Source: an uncultured Acidobacteriota bacterium
Lineage (GTDB): Bacteria; Acidobacteriota; Thermoanaerobaculia; UBA5066; DATFVB01
Reading direction: 5' to 3'
Assembly: GCA_963813155.1 (NCBI GenBank)
Contig: CAWEYG010000004.1
Span: 40,328-104,327, forward strand
Length of the DNA: 64,000 bases
This document shows, one piece after another, positions 39,910 through 47,926 of this stretch. Under the pieces are notes generated by a model. It was given only the letters and a program-made list of their open reading frames with translations. It was not told the DNA's origin and did no database searches. Both the position numbers and the translations under genes were made by a program. Position 1 is the first letter of the stretch; each line of letters opens with the position of its first letter.

Positions 39910-41031
39910 ATGTCATCCCCCCTCCCTCCCGTCGCGATCGTCGGAGCCGGGCCGACCGGAATCGCGTGCGCGATCGAGCTCCAGCGTGTCGGCCGCGAGG
40001 CGATTTGCTACGACCGCGGCGGGATCCTCGATTCGATCTACCGCTTTCCGGAGGAAATGGTCTGGTTTTCCACGCGCGACCTGCTGGACATCGGCGGAAT
40101 CCCATTCGCGACGCCGCACGCCCACCCGACGCGCCTCGAGACGCTCGCGTATTACCGGGGTGTCGCCGAGAAGTTCGGCGTGAAGATCGAGGCGGAAACC
40201 GAAATCGAAAGGATCGAAAAATCGAGCGGAGGGAACTTCCGCTTCCTCGCGCGTCGTCGCGGCGAGACGGTTTCGTTCGAGGCCTCCGCGGCCGTGCTCG
40301 CGACCGGGTTCTTCCATAACCCGAAAAAGCTCGACGTGCCGGGATGCGACCAGGCTCACGTTCATTCTCGGTACGTTTCGGCGTATCCGTACCACGGCCG
40401 TGACGTCGTCGTCGTGGGTGCGAAGAACGGGGCCGCGGAAGCGGCGCTGGACCTGTACCGCCACGGCGCCCGTGTGACGCTCGTCGCGCGAGCGGGCGAG
40501 ATCTCCGACCGCGTGAAGTACTGGGTGAAGCCCGACATCGAGAACCGCATCCGAGAGGGGGCGATCCACGCGTTGTTCCACGCCTCGATCGTCGAGATCG
40601 GCTCTGATTCCGTTGTCGTCCGGGCGCGGTCCGGCGGGCAGACCTCGCGGCCGCGTGCTTCGCACACCGAGCTGAGCGGCCGCTCACTTCCAACCGAGGG
40701 GAAGGTTCCCCTCGATCTCCCCTCTCCAACTGGAGAGGGGTGGCCGTCAGGCCGGGGTGAGGTCAAGATCCCCGCGGACGCGGTTTTCGCCCTGATCGGC
40801 TACGAACCGGATTTTTCTCTCCTGGAGAGATGCGGTGTTCGGCTGGAAGGGGAGAAGAGAGTCCCCGCGCACGACCCGGAGACGTTGGAGTCGAACGTGC
40901 TCGGGCTCTATCTCGCGGGCGCGCTCCTCACGGGCACCGAGACGGGCCGCATTTTCATCGAGAACAGCCGCCACCACGCCGCCCAGATCGCCCGCGCGAT
41001 CGCGCACCGGATCCCCGCGGCTCATGCCTGA
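39910..41031 (+). CDS. ypdA: YpdA-family FAD/NAD(P)-binding oxidoreductase (thioredoxin-reductase-like) with an internal repeat-derived insertion
   Basis: It contains VAIVGAGPTGIACA and VVVVGAKNGAAEAA and ends ..IFIENSRHHA. About 40 extra residues are encoded by a palindromic element at 40637-40756. Confidence 0.7.
   Translation: MSSPLPPVAIVGAGPTGIACAIELQRVGREAICYDRGGILDSIYRFPEEMVWFSTRDLLDIGGIPFATPHAHPTRLETLAYYRGVAEKFGVKIEAETEIERIEKSSGGNFRFLARRRGETVSFEASAAVLATGFFHNPKKLDVPGCDQAHVHSRYVSAYPYHGRDVVVVGAKNGAAEAALDLYRHGARVTLVARAGEISDRVKYWVKPDIENRIREGAIHALFHASIVEIGSDSVVVRARSGGQTSRPRASHTELSGRSLPTEGKVPLDLPSPTGEGWPSGRGEVKIPADAVFALIGYEPDFSLLERCGVRLEGEKRVPAHDPETLESNVLGLYLAGALLTGTETGRIFIENSRHHAAQIARAIAHRIPAAHA
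40637..40756. repeat. intragenic palindromic repeat element, inserted in frame
   Basis: It holds consecutive hairpins: GCGGCCGC twice (40647, 40676), GTGC-TTC-GCAC, GAGGGGAA-GG-TTCCCCTC (40696-40713) and CCCCTCTCC-AACT-GGAGAGGGG (40719-40740), followed by TGG..CCGGGGTGA. It is the same family as 38779-38816. Confidence 0.6.
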
Positions 41032-41704
41032 GGCGACCGAGAGGGAGCTGCTCCGGCTGCTCGCCGGGATGGACGTTTCCCCGGAACGGATCCGCCAGCT
41101 CCTGGGAGACCGCGATGCCCGGCGGCTCCACGTCGTTCGGCGCATTCTCGCCGCGCACCCGAAGACTCCCCGGGCCGACGCGCTCGCTCTCGTGCCGACG
41201 CTCTACTGGCGGGACCTCGCGTGGATTTCCTCCGAGGCGCGTGCCCATCCCGCGATCCGGCAGGCCGCCGACCGGGAGATCCTTCGCCGGGCGCCCGGGC
41301 TCGCGGTGGCCGAGCGATGCGCCGTCGCGCAGCTCTCCGGGCGCGGAGTGATCGCGGCGCTTCGCCGGGACGCCGACGGCGCGGTTCTGCGAGCGCTCCT
41401 CCGAAACCGGCTGACCGTCGAGTCGGACGTCGTTTTCATCGCGGGCACGTCCCGCGACCCGGACCTGCTCGTTTCTCTGCTTTCGGCGCCTGTGTGGGGC
41501 GTCCGCGTCGCCGTCCGGGCCGCGATCGCCCGGAATCCCTTCACGCCCGAAGACGAGGCGGTTCGGCTCTTTCCGTCCATCCCGCTCGCGGACCTGCGCG
41601 AGATCTGCGGGGAGGGCCGCCGCCCGGTCTCCTTCCTGTTTCGCGCCCGCCAGGCGCTGGCCGAGAGGGTCGAAGGGCGTGACAGCTGCACGCGAGTGGT
41701 CTAG
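41024..41704 (+). CDS. hypothetical protein with LRV/HEAT-like repeats
   Basis: The ATG at 41024 overlaps the upstream stop. The repeated motif resembles ..HPKTP.. and ..RNPFTPEDE.. . No catalytic motif was seen. Confidence 0.55.
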   Translation: MPEATERELLRLLAGMDVSPERIRQLLGDRDARRLHVVRRILAAHPKTPRADALALVPTLYWRDLAWISSEARAHPAIRQAADREILRRAPGLAVAERCAVAQLSGRGVIAALRRDADGAVLRALLRNRLTVESDVVFIAGTSRDPDLLVSLLSAPVWGVRVAVRAAIARNPFTPEDEAVRLFPSIPLADLREICGEGRRPVSFLFRARQALAERVEGRDSCTRVV

Positions 41705-41705
41705 C

Positions 41706-42499
41706 ATGTACCGAACATCAATGGCCGATTCGGGCGAGGTCGGGTTCGGCGAAGAATTGCGGCGCAACCGCCTGGTGCGCGAAGTGTCCCTGGAAAGCAT
41801 CGCGAGCGCAACGAAGATCTCGAAACGGCATCTCGAGGCGCTCGAGAGGGGCGATTTTTCGCGTCTTCCGGCGCCGGTCTTCACGCGGGGCTTCATTCGC
41901 GCCTACGCGGGATACCTCGGGCTCGACCCCGAAGAAATGGTGAATGCCTATCTTTCCGACACGGTGAATGCGTCCCCGCGGGCAGATGCGAGATCCGAGG
42001 CGTCGATCTCCCGTCGTCCGCGTTCCGTCGCGATCCTGCCCGTTGCGGCAGCTGTTCTCGGCATCGGATCGTCCTGGCGGGCGTCGCCTGGCGGGCGGCG
42101 CATCGCGCTCGCCCGGCGTCGGCGAAGACGACCGTTCTGCCGCCCGTGTCGGCTTCTCCTTTCATTCGTGAAATTCCGAAGTCCACCTCCGCGCCCGCGC
42201 CGGGGATCTCCGGCGGCGCGCCGGCCGCTCCCCTGGCCCTGACTCTGAGGTTTCAGGAGGACTGCTGGATCGAGCTCTTCGGCGACGAGAGGCTCCTCTT
42301 CTCGGGGATGTTGAAGAAGGGCGAAGACCGGACCTTCGAAGCGCAGAGCGACTTCCGCCTCACCCTGGGAAACGCGCGCGCGGTGGCCGTCGCCGTCAAC
42401 GGCCGGTTGCTGCCGCCGCTCGGCGGAGCGGGGCAGGTCGTCCGCGATCTTCGCATCGACGCCGCCCATCTGGACGAGCTCGTTTCCCGCCGGAGCTAG
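41706..42499 (+). CDS. rodZ: RodZ-like cytoskeleton protein (HTH + TM + DUF4115), frame broken once
   Basis: The N-terminal HTH (LESIASATKISKRHLEALERGDFSRLPAPVFTRGFIRAYAGYLGLD) is in ORF 41679..42242. The C-terminal DUF4115-like domain (LTLRFQEDCWIELF..RLTLGNARAV) is in ORF 42146..42499. The switch lies within 42040-42140. Confidence 0.7.
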
Positions 42500-42500
42500 C

Positions 42501-43559
42501 CTGGCAGGGGGGCCGATCTCGCCGGATCGCGATTTTACCGTCGCGTCTCTTCTCGACGGCTCGGCCGACCGAGTCCTTCGCCTGTTCGGCGCAAAGGCCC
42601 TTCTTCCGCTCGGGATCGAGGACCGGCTTCGAATTCTGCTGAGCTGCCGGAACGATACCGACGCGGAAATCGCGGGAGAGGCGGCCGCCTCGATCGCGAA
42701 AGTGCCTCCGGAGGAGTGGCTGAGCTTTCTGGACTTCGGCGAGCTCTCGGGAGGAGAGATTGGAGTCCTCGCGACCTCCACCGACGATCCTTCGGTCCTG
42801 GAGCGGCTGGTGCGCCACCGGGCGACGCCCGACGCGGTGCTCGTCCGCCTCGCGCGCGAGGCTCCGGCGGCCGTTCTGGAGGCGCTCGTCGTGAACCAGA
42901 AGAGACTTCTGGCGCATCCGGCGATCATCGACGCCGCGGAAGCCAATCGCGCCCTTCCCCCCGATTGCCGCAGGCTCCTTCGGGAGATCCGCGAAGAATT
43001 CTTCGAGAAGGAATCCCGGCGGCGGGACGCCGCGGAGGCCGCGGCGCCGCTCGAGTCCGCACCCGAGGAAGCCGCGGGCCCGGCCGACCCCGAGACGCCG
43101 GCGTCCGGGGAGGTCGAGGCGGGCGAGACCGAGGAAGAGCACGAGCGCCGGATGGCGATCAACCAGCGAATCGCTTACATGAACGCGGCGGAGAAAATCG
43201 AGACGGCGCTCAAGGGGACGCGCGAGGAGAGGCGGATCCTGGTCACCGACGTGAACAAATCCGTGTGGGAGTCGGTTCTCAAATGCCCTTACCTCACGGA
43301 CGTCGAGCTCGAGGCCTTCGCCTCGATGCGCAACGTGGACCCGGGGGTCTTTCGGCTGATGGCGCTGAAACCCGACTGGATGCGCAAGTACGGCGTCGTG
43401 CACAAGCTCGTGAACAACCCGATCGTTCCCAACGAGATCAGCATGGGACTGGTGAAATTCCTGCGGATGCGGGACCTCCGGCTCGCCATGAACGACAAGA
43501 ATCTCCCGGAACCCGTCCGAATCACGGCGCGGAAGATCTACCTCATCCGGCGCGCCTAA
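42501..43559 (+). CDS. hypothetical protein with LRV/HEAT-like repeats (start uncertain)
   Basis: The listed ORF starts at GTG 42702. The same frame is open and protein-like back to 42501 (LAGGPISPDRDFTVASLLDGSADRVLRLFGAKALLPLGIEDRLRILLSCRNDTDAEIAGEAAASIAK) with no ATG, GTG or TTG. A CTG at 42501 follows the rodZ stop. Confidence 0.55.
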   Translation: MAGGPISPDRDFTVASLLDGSADRVLRLFGAKALLPLGIEDRLRILLSCRNDTDAEIAGEAAASIAKVPPEEWLSFLDFGELSGGEIGVLATSTDDPSVLERLVRHRATPDAVLVRLAREAPAAVLEALVVNQKRLLAHPAIIDAAEANRALPPDCRRLLREIREEFFEKESRRRDAAEAAAPLESAPEEAAGPADPETPASGEVEAGETEEEHERRMAINQRIAYMNAAEKIETALKGTREERRILVTDVNKSVWESVLKCPYLTDVELEAFASMRNVDPGVFRLMALKPDWMRKYGVVHKLVNNPIVPNEISMGLVKFLRMRDLRLAMNDKNLPEPVRITARKIYLIRRA

Positions 43560-43626
43560 GCTCTCTCCTTCGAGGGTCTTGCGCAATCCATCGGAATTGC
43601 CGGATAATTGTCGAAGAAACCGAAGA

Positions 43627-44250
43627 ATGGCAGAGACGGTCAACCAATACGATGTGCTCGGCGTCCCGCGGAGCGCGACGACGGAGGAAATCCGAAAGCG
43701 ATTTCGCGACCTCGCGCGCGAGCGCCATCCCGACCGGAGTTTGCCGGGCGAGAAGTCGCGCGCCGAAGCGGAGTTCCAGGCGCTCACGGCCGCCTACAAC
43801 GTGCTGATGAGCCCGGTGAGGCGGGCGGCGCTGGATTTCGACCTCGACAACAAGGTCGTCTCCGAATCCGACCCGAAGGCGATCGCCCAGGCGTACCTCG
43901 CCAAGGGAGTGGAGGAATACCGGGAGGGGAGGCTGGACTCGGCGTTTTCCAATTTCGAGCTCGCCCTCCATCACGACGCGGAAAACGCCGTGATCCAGCA
44001 CCACTACGCGCTTTCCGCCGCGCGATCTCCGAACCGGCTTCGCCATGCGATCGCGGCGATCGAGAAATCGATCCGGATCGACCCCCACAACGCGGGCTTC
44101 CTCCGGGACGCCGGGACGATCTTTCGTCAGGCAGGGCTTTGGACTCGCGCCGAAAAGTGTTACCTTGAGGCATTGAGGTGGATGCCCGACTCGCCGGAGA
44201 TCCGGCGAGGCCTGGAAGACGCGCGGAACCATCGGGCTCCGCAACAGTGA
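43627..44250 (+). CDS. J-domain protein with TPR-like C-terminal region
   Basis: It reads YDVLGVPRSATTEEIRKRFRDLARERHPDR (HPD motif) and has a helical repeat tail. Confidence 0.8.
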   Translation: MAETVNQYDVLGVPRSATTEEIRKRFRDLARERHPDRSLPGEKSRAEAEFQALTAAYNVLMSPVRRAALDFDLDNKVVSESDPKAIAQAYLAKGVEEYREGRLDSAFSNFELALHHDAENAVIQHHYALSAARSPNRLRHAIAAIEKSIRIDPHNAGFLRDAGTIFRQAGLWTRAEKCYLEALRWMPDSPEIRRGLEDARNHRAPQQ

Positions 44251-44257
44251 ATTTCGA

Positions 44258-45040
44258 ATGACGATGACGTTTCGCGCATTCGGTTTGACCGATATCGGCC
44301 GGAAGCGAAAGCACAACGAAGATTCCTTCGTGATCGACCTCGGCGAGGGACTGTTCGTCGTCGCGGACGGAATGGGCGGCCACGCCGCCGGCGAGGTCGC
44401 CGCCAAGATCGCCGTCGACACCATCGAAGAATTCATCAGCGACACGAGCCAGAAGTTCGAAAGCACGTGGCCTTTCCAGTACAACCACCAGTGGCGGTTC
44501 AACAGCAACCGTCTCGCGGTCGCCGTCGAGAAAGCCAACGAGAGGGTGATCTCCGCGGTCGCGAAGCAGCCCGCGCTGAAAGGCATGGGGACGACCCTCG
44601 TCGGCGCCATCCTCAACGGCTCGGGCATGTCGCTCGCCCACGTCGGAGACAGCCGCGCCTACCGCTTCCGGGGCCGCGAGCTGCGCCGCCTGACCGACGA
44701 CCATTCGTGGGTTCACGAGCAGATCGTGACGGGCATCCTCACCGAGGAGGAGGCGAAATCGCACCCCCTGAAGAACGTCGTGACCCGGGCTCTCGGCGGC
44801 GGTCCGACCGTCATGCCGGAGCTTCAGGAGCTCGACCTGCAGCCCGGCGACCAGTACCTCTTCTGTTCCGACGGTCTGACGACGATGCTTTCCGACGAGG
44901 AGGTCGGGCAGGTGCTCGTCGCCGAGGGCGATCCGGAAGCCTCCTGCCGGGAGTTGATCGAGAAAGCCAACGAAAAGGGCGGGCTCGACAACATCACGGT
45001 GATCATCGTCGAGGTCCGCGAGAACTCGCAGCCCGCCTGA
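44258..45040 (+). CDS. PP2C-family Ser/Thr protein phosphatase
   Basis: It contains GRKRKHNEDSF, ADGMGGHAAGEVA, GDSRAY, CSDGL and DNITVIIV. Confidence 0.9.
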   Translation: MTMTFRAFGLTDIGRKRKHNEDSFVIDLGEGLFVVADGMGGHAAGEVAAKIAVDTIEEFISDTSQKFESTWPFQYNHQWRFNSNRLAVAVEKANERVISAVAKQPALKGMGTTLVGAILNGSGMSLAHVGDSRAYRFRGRELRRLTDDHSWVHEQIVTGILTEEEAKSHPLKNVVTRALGGGPTVMPELQELDLQPGDQYLFCSDGLTTMLSDEEVGQVLVAEGDPEASCRELIEKANEKGGLDNITVIIVEVRENSQPA

Positions 45041-45151
45041 GTCTCCCGGCGGAATGAAACGCCGGAGCCCGGTGTTCCGTAAACGTAACAGCGCATTGGT
45101 CTCGACTGCGAGAAAGGCTATCGTCGCGCATGGTCCTGTAGATTCAGACAT

Positions 45152-46615
45152 TTGCCTGTCGCGGCAGTGCTGCTGATGACGGCGTTTGTGCCGCCGTCGT
45201 CTCTCCGGGCTTCTCCCTGGCAGCGGCGCGAGCTGCTGCGCTCTCCTCTGGCGATCAACCTGCACCATCCGGACCTGCGATTTCTCGACGACGCGGGGCC
45301 GGGCGACCTCTCGCTGTGGGGAGGCAAGCTGCGCGTCCGCGCCCCCGGTGTCAGCGCGGAGACGGTCGCGTCGATCGCTCCGGCCATCGAGGCGAGACTC
45401 CGCGGCTCGCTCGATTCGTGGGACGTTCCGTTCTCGGCGAGCGACCCGATCCGCCTGCTGATCGTCGCCTCCGGCGAATCCCCCTTCTCGGAGGTTTTCA
45501 GCCTCGCCGGAGAAGGCGGCGCCGACCGCGAGCCGGTGATCGCGTTGAACGTCACGGGGCAGACGGACGTCGAGATCGCGGCCGAGGTGGTCCGCGACGT
45601 GGGGTCTTTCGTGCTTCGGCGCCTGGCTCCCGGCGCGGACGAGGCGCTCGTCTTCGCGGCCGCCCGCGCCGTGTCGATTTCCGGCGACCTTCTCGACTCG
45701 GATCGACAGGAGATCCGCGAGGCGGGATCTTCGCCGGTCAACAGCCTCGAGCGACGCGAAGGAGAGATCTTCGCCGCGGCCTGGATCGACGAGATGGCGG
45801 CCGGGGCGGGGTCGAGCTTCGTTTCCTCCGTCTGGACCAGCCGCGTCGCCACGGGCGAGAGCACGCTGCTCGCGTTCGCCCGGGCCTACGCGGAAGCGAC
45901 GCACCAGTCGCCGTGGGACGCGCTCCAGCGTTCACTGGAGCGAGATTACAGCCGGACGGAAGTTTTCGGCGATCTCTCCCGCCTCACCGATCGCGATCGG
46001 GAGGCGGGCGTTCTCGACGCGTCCAGCCCGGCCCCGCTTTCCTGGAGGTTCTTCAGCGCCGACATCGACCCCGCCGCCGGAGCGTCGGCCGGCCTGAACG
46101 TCTCCTGGCCCGGCGACGCGGCGCGAGGGTTCGCCGTGCTCCACTACGAAGACTCCCTTCCGAGCGACGTCATTCGTTTCGCGCCCGGAGAGTCGAAGAC
46201 GCTGCCCCTCTCGGGCGTCTCGAGGATCGACTGGATCGTCGCGGGAGGCGACCGCGCGGGTTCCGCGCTGGCGTCGCCGGTGCCGATTTCTCCCCTCGAG
46301 AATTTTCCGCTTTCCGGGCTTTCGGCCCGCGCCGTCGCCGAGCCCGGCCAGGGTGTCTCGCTCGAATGGAGCACGGCCCGCCAGCTCGACGTCGGCGGAT
46401 GGGCGATCTTTCGGGCGGAAGTGGACGAGTCCGGCAGGATCGCGAAGTCCGCTCCGCAGTGGCTTCCTTCTTCGAGCGGGCCGCAGCAGCACTCGCTGTA
46501 TTCGTTCGTCGATTCCACGGCCGTTCCCGGCCGTTACTATCGCTACGATGTCTGGGCCGTCACGGAAGACGGCGCCCTCTCCCGTTCGTTCCGGGAGACC
46601 GTTCAGGCGCGGTAA
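45152..46615 (+). CDS. hypothetical secreted protein
   Basis: It is 487 aa with a hydrophobic N-terminus (MPVAAVLLMTAFVPP) and no recognised motif. TAGATT lies 7 nt upstream of the TTG start. Confidence 0.6.
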   Translation: MPVAAVLLMTAFVPPSSLRASPWQRRELLRSPLAINLHHPDLRFLDDAGPGDLSLWGGKLRVRAPGVSAETVASIAPAIEARLRGSLDSWDVPFSASDPIRLLIVASGESPFSEVFSLAGEGGADREPVIALNVTGQTDVEIAAEVVRDVGSFVLRRLAPGADEALVFAAARAVSISGDLLDSDRQEIREAGSSPVNSLERREGEIFAAAWIDEMAAGAGSSFVSSVWTSRVATGESTLLAFARAYAEATHQSPWDALQRSLERDYSRTEVFGDLSRLTDRDREAGVLDASSPAPLSWRFFSADIDPAAGASAGLNVSWPGDAARGFAVLHYEDSLPSDVIRFAPGESKTLPLSGVSRIDWIVAGGDRAGSALASPVPISPLENFPLSGLSARAVAEPGQGVSLEWSTARQLDVGGWAIFRAEVDESGRIAKSAPQWLPSSSGPQQHSLYSFVDSTAVPGRYYRYDVWAVTEDGALSRSFRETVQAR

Positions 46616-46645
46616 TCCGGATCTCGCTTTCGACGGCGATCGCCG

Positions 46646-47926
46646 TCAGATCGCCTCGACGACGACCGCTCCGCCCTGTCCCCCTCCGATGCACATCGTG
46701 GCGACGCCGAGCGCGACGTTTCGCCGCCGCATCTCCTTCAGGAGCGTCAGCACGAGCCGTGTGCCGCTCGACCCGACCGGGTGTCCGAGCGCGATCGCTC
46801 CGCCGTTGACGTTCGTCCGGTCGAAGTCGATCTCGCCGATCGGGCCGTCGAGCCCGTTCTTCTTCGCCCAGTCGGCAGAGCTCCACACTTTCGCGCACGC
46901 GAGCACCTGCGCGGCAAACGCCTCGTTGATTTCGAGCAGGCCGACGTCCTTCCACGCGACGCCGGCGCGCTTCAGGGCCAGCGGAGTCGCGACGACGGGC
47001 CCGAGGCCCATCCGAGCGGGGTCGGTGCCGGCGAAACCGAAGGACAGGATTCGGCCGATCGGCTTGAGCCCGAGGCCCCGGGCTGCTTCTTCGGACATCA
47101 CGAGCGTGGCAGCTCCGCCGTCGGTGATCTGGGAGGAGTTCCCGGCGGTCACGGTTCCGAATTTCCGGTCGAAGTAGGGCTTCAGCTTCGCGAGCGCTTC
47201 CAGGGTCTGATTTTCGCGGATGCCGTTGTCCTGGACGGCGAGCCGGCCGTAGTCGGGCGGAATCGGGACGGGAACGATTTCCTCGGCGAGCTTCGAGCGG
47301 GCAGCGGCCGCGCGCTGATGCGATCGCAGGGCGAAGGCGTCCTGTTCCTCCCGCGTGATGTGGAATTCCTTCGCGAGGATTTCCGCGGTCTGTCCCATGT
47401 TGAGATCGCAGATCGGGTCGGTCAGGCCCAGCTCGAGTCCGACGACCGGCCGGAAATCGGACGGGCGAAACCGAAGGAGCGCGCCGAGCCGCGCGCCCGC
47501 GCTCTTCGCGCCGAACAGGGCGAAGAACTTCCGCTTCGCCGCCTCCGAAAAGAGCAAAGGGATCTGCGACATCGATTCGACTCCGCCCGCGGCGACCGCT
47601 TCGTTGAGTCCCGCCTGGATCCGCAGAAAACCGTCCGCGATCGACTCCGCGCCGGAGCCGCAATTCCTCCCGACGGTGAACGCGGCCACCGAGCGAGGAA
47701 CCCCCGAGCGCAGCGCGATCACCCTTGCGATGTTCGCCGAATCCGCGGGAGTCGCGATGTTCCCGAAGATGACCTCGTCGAGGTGCGCGGGGTCGAATCC
47801 GGTCCGGGCGAAGAGCTCCACGAGCGCGGCCCGTCCCAGGTCCGCCGCCGAGAGGTCGCGAAGGTCGGTGTTCGCGCGGCAATACGGTGTTCGCACGCCG
47901 TCGACGAGAACGACGCTACGCGGCAT
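46646..47926 (-). CDS. acetyl-CoA C-acyltransferase (thiolase)
   Basis: It contains VGRNCGSGAESI (the active-site Cys), NEAFAAQV and CIGGGQG, and is an intact 426 aa. Confidence 0.9.
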   Translation of the reverse strand: MPRSVVLVDGVRTPYCRANTDLRDLSAADLGRAALVELFARTGFDPAHLDEVIFGNIATPADSANIARVIALRSGVPRSVAAFTVGRNCGSGAESIADGFLRIQAGLNEAVAAGGVESMSQIPLLFSEAAKRKFFALFGAKSAGARLGALLRFRPSDFRPVVGLELGLTDPICDLNMGQTAEILAKEFHITREEQDAFALRSHQRAAAARSKLAEEIVPVPIPPDYGRLAVQDNGIRENQTLEALAKLKPYFDRKFGTVTAGNSSQITDGGAATLVMSEEAARGLGLKPIGRILSFGFAGTDPARMGLGPVVATPLALKRAGVAWKDVGLLEINEAFAAQVLACAKVWSSADWAKKNGLDGPIGEIDFDRTNVNGGAIALGHPVGSSGTRLVLTLLKEMRRRNVALGVATMCIGGGQGGAVVVEAI

